Below, in pieces: positions 26,223 to 36,899 of a stretch of DNA of 64,000 nucleotides. Source of the stretch: Azolla caroliniana (taxonomy: Eukaryota; Plantae; Polypodiophyta); contig JBHGNT010000009.1 in assembly GCA_043228905.1 (NCBI GenBank), forward strand, positions 22,258,001-22,322,000. Direction: 5' to 3'. Both the position numbers and the translations under genes were made by a program. How positions within the stretch are numbered: position 1 is the first letter of the stretch; the number at the start of each line of letters is the position of its first letter. Below the pieces are notes generated by a model. The model saw only the letters and a program-made list of their open reading frames with translations. It searched no databases and was not told the DNA's origin.

Positions 26223-27153
26223 ATCGTGAAATAGCAGGAATTGGCCTTACTGGAAAAGTGATGGAGTTGTTACACCAATCAACCGTTGGATTGTGTGTCT
26301 CCAACCAAGATGGCCCCAACACAATCGGATGTTGAGGGGTTGTAATGAGGTAGAACGTGAGTTCCTCCTGGTGCGCCCGGACTTGAAGTAACAACGGGAT
26401 AGTGGCTTCGGTAATTGCCCCCGAAGAGAGAACCCAGTCGTCGATCGCTTCAACGGATATGGGTTGTGATGTGCGGACTATGGGGATATTATGTGCGCAG
26501 ACAAATGATTTATCGATAAAGAAAGTAGATGCTCCAGAGTCAAGCAAGGCATGAGAATGTATTGAAGTCGAACCAAAACAAAGACTTACTTGCAAAGAAA
26601 ACCCTCCTAATGGTGGAACGGACTTGTAGGAGCATGGAGAAGGTGAGTAATAGGAAGTGTCCAGCGGCATGGCTCCTACTGTAGCCGGACTTGGTAGTTT
26701 TCCTGTTGTTGAGGAACGTTGTCGCGAAGATTCGCGCGTGCGTGTGCTACTCGAGCGACCACCGGGGTCTTGGACTGGGGAGGACGTTCGCAGAATTATC
26801 GACGCTAGATGACGATCAATGTAAGATTAGATGAAATTGGTTTACTTGAGAAGGAGAAAAATTGTACACTTGAGAAGTAGAAAAACATGAAGAAGATAAA
26901 GACAAATATAATTATATTGATGATAGTGGTGTTGGTGATATCACATATTGAGCCCCCCTTACACAAGCCCAACTAGAGGCTTTTATAGGTCTTTCCATGC
27001 TCGTGACATGCACAAAACCATGGTTTTGTGCACACGGTTTTGCTTATGTCATGCACAAACCATGGGTTTAAAACCATGGTTTTGTGCACATGGTTTTCTA
27101 TGGTTGTTTTGTCTATAATTTGTATATGAAAAGGAAATACATAAAATCTACAC

Positions 27154-27230
27154 GGTATGATAGTTGTCCTAGTGGTAAGGCAATTATCTTGTATCTTAGA
27201 GGTGCAAGGTTCAATCCTTGCTTGCACCCC
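27154..27230 (+). other. tRNA-like module in the gag-only element LTR (second copy about 30016-30092)
   Basis: D-arm-like TGTCCTAGTGGTAAGGCA and T-arm GCAAGG-TTCAAT-CCTTGC. Confidence 0.65.
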
Positions 27231-27311
27231 TCTGCATGAACTCAAGTGCCACTAGGCTAGGTTTATTTGCTAAGTGCATGTGCAATGTTGCACATCCTTG
27301 GTTTATTCGTC

Positions 27312-29549
27312 TCACTCGGTTTCACACCGTAGCCAAAAATCGTCACGACATCCACCCCCACCAAACCCACACATCCTCCGGTATGTGCCGAGAAAGGTGA
27401 AGAGGTGAGATCTTTGGCAACGGTGATCAACCGAGTTCCTCTGCACGCTCGTCGACTTCGTCTTCCACTTCGAGTATGCGCAATCTTTCCAACCGAACCA
27501 CCGTAGCCACCCGATCCACCATATCCGGCGCTCACACCTTCTTCCCCGATCGGTTGTAGTAGATCTACCGAACGATGTCGTCGATACGACCGCTCTTCCT
27601 TCGTCCACCGCGCGTGTCCTTCCATTGGACTCCTGGCCACTCCTCACGCTCACCGTCTTCAACTGGGTATTGTAGATCGTTCGTGTCGATCTCCGATTAG
27701 GCCGGGTTTGCCCTTGTCCAGATCGGTCTCCACCGATCGCTTCTTGGCTTGGTTGGCCTTCGTCTGCATTCACATTTCCCTGAGTCGGGCTCGACCGATT
27801 GATTCTGGCTGGGTTGGCCCCCTTTTGGATCGGAATCGTCCGATCGAATTTCGCCGAATCAGGTTTCGGCCGGGTCGGCCCCGGTCGATCGGCTCCCATG
27901 TGGATCTTCCTTCGTTCGGGTCGGAATCCCGGCCGGATCGTCTTCCGGTTCAACCGGTTCTCGACTCTTCCTTCCTTCCCGCATGCAACCTCTCCATCGA
28001 ACTCAACCGCAGCTTCATCCTTGGCCTCCACGTCGGCCATATCCTTCCCTCCATGTATGCTCGCCGCGAGCCATATTGTCTCCTCTTCGCCACCTCCTTT
28101 ATCTTCGGTCTTATGCCGACACACGGTCTCGACTGCCGAAGTCTCCGGAACCAGTGTGAAGGAATCCCTTCGTTCATTTACATTTACCTTGTCTTCTTCA
28201 TTGCCCTTCCGGTCGTCCTCTTTTTTGTCCACACATTCTGTCTCTCCGGTCTCACGTTGGTGCACGTGCACAACCGCCGAAGTCTCTAGAATAGGTGTGG
28301 GGATATCCTTTCTTCCTCGATCTTCTTCCTCCTTGTGTTGGGCCTTTGTCCTCCCGTCACCACCTTCCGTCTCTCCGGTCTCACGTTGGCACATGGGCGC
28401 AACCGCCGAAGTCTCTGGAACAATCGTGGAGAAAGTCTTGACATGGCTATCCGTTGTCGACTCGTCCATAGCCACCTCCGACTCGATGTCGTTTGTCATG
28501 GCTACCTCCTTAATCTCTTCAGACTCAAACACTTTTTCTCCCTCGATCATGCAAGCTTTTTTAATGCTTGCGCCTTCATCACCCGATGTTTCGTACACAA
28601 TGCGTGTTCCGAAACATTTATCCTCCCTCGAAGTGGCGTTCGCCGTCCTCGAGTCATCGGCCTTCTCCTTCGCCGTCGTTTCTTTGTAAGACAAGAAGGT
28701 GACTTGTTTCACACCTTCTCTCTCGGTACCGTCATACCGAACCAGAGCCTTTGTATCGGCCACTTCATTAACCCGCATTTGTTGGGAGGTCTCTTCTTCC
28801 TCGATCACCATTCGCCTCGGTTTTGTCTCCTTTTTAAGCTTCATTTCTTTTGTTGGTGGCGCGTTGTTGCATCTCGTCCCTCTTCGATCGTCCCTCATGG
28901 GCCGTCTTGTTGTCGCCGATATTCTCGCTTGCCCCTTATCGTGTAGTCGGCATACACTTTCCACTTTGCTCCAATCCTCGATGAGGCCATTTGCACCATC
29001 ATCTTCTTCGAGTTTGAGACCGATCGCCATCCTTTCCATTCGATCGATTGACTTCACGAACATAAGGACCTTATCGACCCCCACCAATCTTTGTTCCCGC
29101 TCCGACAATTGAGAAAAATGATGCTCGAAGTCTACGAATGCTTGTGTCGCACCTTGGTGGGTCTTCGCTGATGTCACCCATTGGTCGAAGTTGCGTTGAT
29201 CTTGTCCCTTCAGTCTCTCATAGCCATATTCCTCCAATAGAGCCTTCTCGAAAGTCGCCCACGAATCATGAGCTTCTAGAAGCTCTGTTACATCTTTGAA
29301 GATCGGTTGAGACACCACCCGACAAAAGTACTCTAGCCTCATAGTTTTGTCCACACCTCTTGAATCCATCTCCGCATTGTAGACTTTTAGGAAACTTTGG
29401 ACTTCGGCACCGTTGAAATAGCTCATTCGTTCAACTACCTTGTCGACGGCTTGTTGGGCTTCATTTCTTCTTTTCCCTTCTCTCAGAAACTCCATCATCC
29501 TTCTTGACATTGCCTCCATGAGATATTCGCCATCCATGTTCGTCCTCAC
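27312..29549 (-). CDS. Gag-like protein with a long charged, repetitive C-terminal extension (745 aa; first ATG at 29537)
   Basis: Uninterrupted ORF; N-terminus resembles gag 9254-9832 (FNGAEVQSFLKVYNAEM vs FNGKNATSYLEAYRAEM); stop lies inside the 3' LTR. Confidence 0.8.
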   Translation of the reverse strand: MRTNMDGEYLMEAMSRRMMEFLREGKRRNEAQQAVDKVVERMSYFNGAEVQSFLKVYNAEMDSRGVDKTMRLEYFCRVVSQPIFKDVTELLEAHDSWATFEKALLEEYGYERLKGQDQRNFDQWVTSAKTHQGATQAFVDFEHHFSQLSEREQRLVGVDKVLMFVKSIDRMERMAIGLKLEEDDGANGLIEDWSKVESVCRLHDKGQARISATTRRPMRDDRRGTRCNNAPPTKEMKLKKETKPRRMVIEEEETSQQMRVNEVADTKALVRYDGTEREGVKQVTFLSYKETTAKEKADDSRTANATSREDKCFGTRIVYETSGDEGASIKKACMIEGEKVFESEEIKEVAMTNDIESEVAMDESTTDSHVKTFSTIVPETSAVAPMCQRETGETEGGDGRTKAQHKEEEDRGRKDIPTPILETSAVVHVHQRETGETECVDKKEDDRKGNEEDKVNVNERRDSFTLVPETSAVETVCRHKTEDKGGGEEETIWLAASIHGGKDMADVEAKDEAAVEFDGEVACGKEGRVENRLNRKTIRPGFRPERRKIHMGADRPGPTRPKPDSAKFDRTIPIQKGANPARINRSSPTQGNVNADEGQPSQEAIGGDRSGQGQTRPNRRSTRTIYNTQLKTVSVRSGQESNGRTRAVDEGRAVVSTTSFGRSTTTDRGRRCERRIWWIGWLRWFGWKDCAYSKWKTKSTSVQRNSVDHRCQRSHLFTFLGTYRRMCGFGGGGCRDDFWLRCETE

Positions 29550-31547
29550 CTGCTGCTCTTCACGTCGGGTTCACCAAATGATGTCGCGAAGATTCGCGCG
29601 TGCGTGTGCTACTCGAGCGACCACCGGGGTCTTGGACTGGGGAGGACGTTCGCGGAATTATCGACGCTAGATGACGATCAATGTAAGATTAGATGAAATT
29701 GGTTTACTTGAGAAGGAGAAAAATTGTACACTTGAGAAGTAGAAAAACATGAAGAAGATAAAGACAAATATAATTATATTGATGATAGTGGTGTTGGTGA
29801 TATCACATATTGAGCCCCCCTTACACAAGCCCAACTAGAGGCTTTTATAGGTCTTTCCATGCTCGTGACATGCACAAAACCATGGTTTTGTGCACACGGT
29901 TTTGCTTATGTCATGCACAAACCATGGGTTTAAAACCATGGTTTTGTGCACATGGTTTTCTATGGTTGTTTCGTCTATAATTTGTATATGAAAAGGAAAT
30001 ACATAAAATCTACACGATATGATAGTTGTCCTAGTGGTAAGGCAATTATCTTGTATCTTAGAGGTGCAAGGTTCAATCCTTGCTTGCACCCCTCTGCATG
30101 AACTCAAGTGCCACTAGGCTAGGTTTATTTGCTAAGTGCATGTGCAATGTTGCACATCCTTGGTTTATTCGTCTCACTCGGTTTCACACCGTAGCCAAAA
30201 ATCGTCACGACAACGTCTGCAAGACGTGCACGATGGAATTGGTGTCACGGGCCCCGCACCGGATAGTGGTGGATGACATGGCAAGGGTTGCCACAATAGA
30301 GAGAGAGTCCATTGTCTCGACGATGTTGGCGTTGGGCTTCAGTTAGTGGTTGGAATCGAGCGTGGTCGATCTCCATCGGGGTATGGAAATCGACCTCCGT
30401 CGTGGTATGGGTATCACTAGGTGATGGTAAGGTTGGCGTGGGAGACAAGTAGGGCCTGGCGATTGATGCGTTTCGAGAAGAAGCCTAAGACCCGCGAGTC
30501 CCCCGTTCTTCTTGACGAACTTCGAAGAGACGAATGTCACACTGGACAGCTTGGGAGATTACTTGAGACAACGATGTGGGCTCCGGGAAGTTTAAGAGAA
30601 GAGTCTTGACGTCGTTTCGGAGACCGCGACAGAAATGGTCGCATAGGGCTTGGTCATCCCAACTGACCTCGCATGCAATCTGACGAAACTCTGAGGCGTA
30701 GACTGAGGTTGGACATGAGCCTTGTTGGAAAGAATAAAGCTTTGTAAGTGTCGTTCGTCGTTGGTCTGTCTCTCCAAATGTCGCTTCGAGCTCCGCAATG
30801 AAAGCGGTGAGGTTTTCTAAGAGAGGGGATGAGGTCTCGATCAAGGGTGCAAACCATGCTTGTGTCGGCCCGGAGAGAAGTGTGCCAACAAGCCCAACCC
30901 AAGAAAAGTCACTAGCATACCGTTGGGGCTGTAACCGGATGATAGGCCGAAATTGGTTGATGAAGCCGCGAAGATATGGCCTCGTGTCGTTGAATTTGTT
31001 TGGTAGGCTGATGGTTGGTTCGAGGACATATGGATGGGAAGAGGACGTGGTCGGCCTAGGTGCCAACGGTGGTTGTGACTCGGTAGGTGGTGGATTTCTT
31101 GAAGTGCCAGATTGCAACTCTCATAATGATTCCCGAAGGATTTCATTCTCTAGCTGAAGTTGTTGCAAGGCTACCATGACTTGGTTTAGGTTGTTGACGG
31201 AGCCGGACGTGGTAGCAAGAAGAGGGGAAGGTGAACAAACTATCACGGACAAGTATGATAGAGCAGAACGAAGACAAGACTAGAAAACAAGAGAGAGGAA
31301 AAGAACAAGAACTCAACTTATAGGATCCGTAACTGGTGTCGTTCACCTTTATTAGAATCAATGTGCACCTAAGTATTTATACAAGAAGGTAGGGCTATGT
31401 AAGCCAGCTAGAAATAGAGTATGCATGAGGATGCATGCAATAGAGAATGCATGAGAATGTGTGCAAGCTAGAGATGAGGATGCATGCAAGTTAGGAACTT
31501 CCAATGTTCAATTATATGACATGAAGTTGGATTTAATATAAGGGTGT

Positions 31548-31619
31548 ATATGTAGCTCAATTGGTAGGGTTTCTCAATAGAGACCATGAGATCTTGGGGT
31601 CAATCCCTACCTTCCTCCA
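31548..31619 (+). other. tRNA-like Pol III A/B-box module inside the second chromovirus LTR
   Basis: TAGCTCAATTGG (31553-31564) and GGGTCAATCCC (about 31597-31607). Confidence 0.6.
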
Positions 31620-31648
31620 TGGCATATGTCTATGACATCTCTCCCCTT

Positions 31649-33550
31649 ATGTTACTATTGATCTTCCTAGGGCTGTTAACTCTTAGGGCCGGACAATGGC
31701 CTAACACTTCACCAAAGGGGTGTTACGGCAAGAGGATTAGGCTCAACGATTAATCCGACTTAATTAGGTTACTTAGCAAGATCGTCCTTAATAATCACAC
31801 GCGTAAGATATAACAATGAATGCAGAACGGCAATTAACACAGAGAGATAAAAACATTAAGCTTCATTAATTATCCGCTCCACATTACATTGTATCCGGGC
31901 CTTTAAATAGGTTTCCGGTTTGTAGTACAAAACGGTGCCATCCGCACCTGTTCGGGATCGGTCCGGATCCGGAACGGCATACCGATTCCGGTCCGTCCGT
32001 CCACACTAATAGCTCACTTACAACCATTCCTTAATAATTAAATAACTCTTTCGTTTCACACTCTGGACTCCTTTGCCGGCCGGTAACAAGGGCATTCCTC
32101 TATTTTACAATAGAAACATTGACCAGGTAGTCCCTCATATTCCACTTCCACATCTATCAGTCTTGCCTCAACATCATGCACCCTGATTATAGAGGGGAGT
32201 GTGGACAAGCTTTGCACAAGCACCTAATTTTAGGGGAGTCTCTGATTCTGTCTACCGTGGTTGCCTCTCCCCGATCTTTTGCATCAAGGGATATAATTGT
32301 CGTGGAAGAATAGGAAATACCATAGATATCACCATGGGGTTACCAATCTTCTTGGATTCTTCCATAACATTGAAATTAGCATGCCACTCCAACAAAAGAG
32401 ATCTTCCATATTTAAGCTCTACAAATTTCATATCAATAATTTGTGATACATTACTCCCCTTAGCCACTTCAATGTGAAAGAAATTTCATCCCATATTATT
32501 CACATTCTTTATCGCTGGGACCCTATCCATTAGAGCTACCTGTAACATGTCACGAACCATACCTCTTCTAGGCCTACCACCCATTAGTTTGCAAATGAAC
32601 GAACACTTCTTTAACCTTCTAATCTCTGCATTTAGGAATTCACTTTCTTCCTCGGACAGAAAAACATCAAGTATCTCAGAGCTCTCCTTCGTTTCCAATT
32701 GCTTATCATAATCTCCTCTCTGGCATGCATTATGCGCCTGACCACACTCCTGTTGAATATTTTCCACGTGCAACATGTCCTCCGTGGCCTCCATCTCCAC
32801 AACATCTAGCCCCTGAGACGACCTTCCTTGCGGTTCCTGTTGCCTCTTTACTCCCACACCCTCCATATGCCATAATGCAAGGTTGGGGAGATCTCCCCCA
32901 TCTTCTTGCTTCCCAACCTCTTCATTCCAAGCCTTCGACTCTCCCCACACTCGTGAGTCCTCTCTACAATAAACTGTGAAGAAGACCGCTGCCATACCGC
33001 TAACGGGAGCCCAAACCTCCTCTTCCATCCATCCCCCATTATCTATTTGATTCTCCACTTCCTTGCATATCCTCGTCGCTCCTCCATTAATGTGTTTCCC
33101 AACGTCTTTCCACATGTCGCTTGCTTTCCTTTGTCCCAAATTCCCAGCCTGCTGCTTCTCCCAATTCTTATTCATCCCTTGCAATGCATACCTCGACTCC
33201 ACCCACCGTCCGACAGGCCCCCTTGCCACTGATACTTTAGTTGCCACCATTGACACTGTATTGCCCTCTGATGGCTCCTTTGCAAACATGTTCCGTTGTC
33301 CCTGTGTAGCCCTACTACTAACCTTACACCCTAATCCAAGGGACATACTTGACAAATGAGGAGTAGGGAAACTCAACATCAATCTGCTGCATTTGGGGCA
33401 CTCTCTACAACCATAAACCCCTCCATCGTTGCCTGTGACGTTGTCTCGCTTGAAGTCGTAGGAAACACTTGCTCGTCATTGACCTGTTGCGTTCGGGGCA
33501 GTCTTTGCAACCCTAAACTTGCTTAACATCATCTGTTGCGTTTCATGCTC
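31649..33550 (-). mobile_element. L1-like LINE 5' part (ORF1, degenerate)
   Basis: ORFs 32486-33382 and 32252-32467 resemble plant LINE ORF1, with a zinc-knuckle remnant near 32100; same strand as and upstream of the endonuclease fragment at 15596-17985. Confidence 0.65.
31721..32088. mobile_element. Solo LTR of another family (368 bp)
   Basis: TGTTACGG...CGGTAACA inverted termini; flanks AGGGG and AGGGC (4/5 TSD). Confidence 0.75.
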
Positions 33551-34049
33551 ACATTCATCCACACTTATTCATCTCATCCTACAAATACATATACACACTT
33601 AGTTACTTGGTTACAAACATATGCATATATATAACATAATACATACACACACATACGAAAACATACATGAAAGTTTTACATGCGCACAATAATTATGAGA
33701 AAGTGAAATTGAACTCTTCGAAAGAAAACCGAGTGTGGAAATCCAGAACTTGTGTAACTTCATGGCAACATTCTTCTTGCTTATTGGCAAATTTAGCATG
33801 TCGCATTACCCATGTAGTGGTGTCACTGAAATAGTTGTAGTACCAATATAACATTTTTCAGATGTAACTAATATAATTGTGTGCTTTTGCAAAAAAAAAA
33901 CATAGAGATGTGTGAGAGAGAGATTGTTACGTGCATACCATAACTGATCATGAGATAGGTTTTCTTTAGTTTTTCCTAATCTTATGATGAGTATGTGTAG
34001 GTTAATTATGATAAGAACAAGGGTATGAATTGTAATATTCAATTCTATC

Positions 34050-34825
34050 GTGTGGGTCAAGTGTGAACACACTAGGGCCTAGGGTTTTTGCCAATAAAAG
34101 GAGACTTGACTTATGTTGTGACTATGATAGTGTGGTTATGGCTCTTGTTAGCTAAGTACGTGCGTTCCTCACAGAACCGAAGGTATGACTTGCATCAACC
34201 CTCAATGGTATGGGTCATCACGGAGGTACATGTCTATCTCACACCATTGCTAGGGGGTGTTCTGGTGGTTTGGCGCCCTTCTTTCCTTTCTTTGGTCTAT
34301 AATTCCTTATGTTTTACGTAATTAATTAGTTAGACTCTAACAGTTGGTATCAGAGCTCTCTTTTTTTCATGTTTTCACTTGTTTTTTATGTGATCCTGGA
34401 GCAACAAACGAGGCCCGACCTCTCCATCCGAGAATGAGTGGAGCATGAACTTTGGTATTTGTAATAAAAAAAACTCTTCGATTCTCTCTCGTTATATATT
34501 CTTTGTGATTATGTTTGAATGCTCAAATCTATGTTCCTTGTGGGATCACCATGTGTTCGGTGTGTATAGTTATGTTTTTTCATCTTTATTTATCTATTTA
34601 TTTCTACCCTTCGACAATTTTGTTGATTTTATGCATCCAATTTAGGTGTAGCTAACATATGCTCCTCCTCAGGCAAACACATATCCTCTTGGTCATTAGA
34701 TTATGGAGTTTTCATAAACTAAAATGAAAAAGCAAGACATGTTTTGCGTTTTTTTAGCACCCCTCTTTCCTTTCTTTGGTCCATAAGTCCTTATGTTTTG
34801 TTGAATTAATTAGTTATACTTAACA
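34050..34825 (+). mobile_element. Decayed LTR or TRIM-like remnant with tRNA-Met PBS
   Basis: LTR end ...TAACA at 34342, TGGTATCAGAGC at 34345-34356, and a similar LTR end at about 34760-34825; left boundary uncertain. Confidence 0.5.
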
Positions 34826-36899
34826 AAAACACACACACTCCTTGGATGGAACTAAGTTTATAAGGTGGTCTTATGTAGGGTCGGGCATTGAACCCTTACA
34901 TTTCACTGTGCATTCTAGTCAATTATTCTAACAATGTGTTTCAAACCCAAGGCCATGGGTTCATAAGAATATGGCCTATGACTATCTTACAACCTTAATA
35001 CAATGGTTAATTGTATATGAGTGACAATCAACCGTAAGTTTCTTCATTCAATGCCGAAATATCAAGTGGTTAACCACTATTGTCTTAGTCTATTGTGCTC
35101 GTTTAATGTGCAATATTAATAAAGTTATGGTTTACTATCACCAAAGAGGGAGAATTCATGGATTATGATTATGTGAGGCATTGTTAATACCTTTGAAAGT
35201 GGCAATACTTGATTGTTTAAAGTCCTAAAGTTTAGTCTACCGCAAAAGTGATCAAGCATGTCTTAAAAGTGTGCCTAACTTTTAAAAAGAGGAAAAGGTT
35301 GATACAACAAATCAATATAATCCAATTTGCTAAACACATGTGGGCCTCTATGAAAAACTAGCTTTCTTAATGGTATAGTTGTTGTTTTGAGACTCGTGTG
35401 GTGAATGATTGGCATCATGAAACTTTCTCTAACATTGTTAATATATGTTTCATATCATAATGTGAGATGCACCTCATTGTTGGACACTTGTTTGGAGTGA
35501 AGTGTTTAAAGTTCCTTGTCAAGTTCAATTCTCAAATGAGAGATCATGATTGGGGGGCACAATCGATTGTTTGTTTCAGTTTTAATGGTTTTACAAATGG
35601 ATTGGGTGTGTTCACCCATTTTTCCATAGTTGTCCCAACATGTCTCCTTGTGAGTGCAATCGTATTGAGATAGAGGGGGAGGCCGAAATGAATGTAGCTC
35701 AGTTGATAAGGTTGTCACATAGATGCCATCACAATTTAAATTGCATGTCATAAAGTAGTTCAGTTAGTTTGATTTGAACACATGTGTATATGTCAATGGC
35801 TATCGTTAGTTACAACGTACACCCCTATAGCAATAGAGACTATTAATGTCCTTCAAGTGCTAAGTTTAGCTTACGTACTTTGGGTGAGAAAAACTTTATA
35901 TGTGTTTTGGCCACATTGTGAGAACCCTCCCCTTGATGAAGGTGATGATGGGAAAAGTGTTGAGAACTGTTTTTATATAAGCGAGTGTAGGGATTGTGAT
36001 TTCATGGCGGGTTGTAGATGATATTTTGGATTTAGATATTGGCAGATCACTCAATGGGGGATATATACACACCTATCTGTATTTACAATAGTTAAACGAC
36101 GCTTTTTCAACACCTAAAGAACATCATGCTTAAGCGGTGATGAGAATAGTATATTGTGTTACTCATATGAACATGATAATATGAATATCCCAATTATTAC
36201 AAAGTCATCGCCAAAAGGGTGATGTTTATAACAATACTATTATTCTTTAATATCTATAAAGTACCGCCAATTATGACATATATTTTTGTAGGGACTAACA
36301 ATGAATGTTTGTATGATTTAATGTCTTACTTAAGCAGACTTATCTAGAGAAAAATACATGATTTTTATTCAAAACGAAGTAATATTTATATAATATTCTA
36401 TGTTATCTATGTGGACTTCCACGCATGAAAACAAAACCAAACAATATAAAAATATATAACTAATGTGTATTAACGAACAAAATATTCTCATGAGTTTTGC
36501 CACACATTGAGAAAGGTCACTTTTTCAACTCTAACGAAAAGTGTATTAAGGTTGATCTATGAGTTTTGTGTGTAAATATAATATACGTAGTTGCAATGGA
36601 ATGAGTCAGTTACAACAAAAATAATGGCTCAATATTGCAATAATAAGCTATTGGATAATGATTAAATATCATTCATATTGTTGCAAGGAAAACCAATAAC
36701 TACAACATGTGCATTCTCTCTTGGAATAAAAGTTCTCAAACATTAGAATCAATTAAGTCCCCTTTCTACCAAGGAGAACCTTATGAAATAAGTATGCAAT
36801 GAATCTCAAAGATGAAATTACTCAAAAGATAATTGATTTCTGCTCACTATGTCCATATTTGCACAATAAAGGAACCATTCCACCATAAATGTTAGGTGG

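Larger units (their letters stand above)
26720..30212 (-). mobile_element. Complete non-autonomous gag-only LTR retroelement (TR-GAG-like), 631-bp LTRs, tRNA-Trp PBS, TSD ACGT
   Basis: LTRs 26720-27350 and 29582-30212 (3 differences seen by eye), PBS 29559-29576, PPT-like tract 27351-27368, ACGT at 26716-26719 and 30213-30216; no pol motifs. Confidence 0.93.
26223..31637 (-). mobile_element. Second chromovirus-type gypsy, 5' part (LTR 31241-31637, gag, protease); split by the gag-only element
   Basis: gag ORF 30485-31117, PMEID motif with a degenerate knuckle, protease LLDSGAS (26188-26670); sequence joins across the 26720-30212 insertion. Confidence 0.88.

Noticed and set aside
27154-27230. 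Functional tRNA gene
   Set aside because: No convincing acceptor stem or anticodon arm; treated as tRNA-like only, as for 25726-25792 and 31548-31619.
27708-29112. Long antisense ORFs opposite the 745-aa gag ORF
   Set aside because: Shadow frames of a compositionally biased coding strand.
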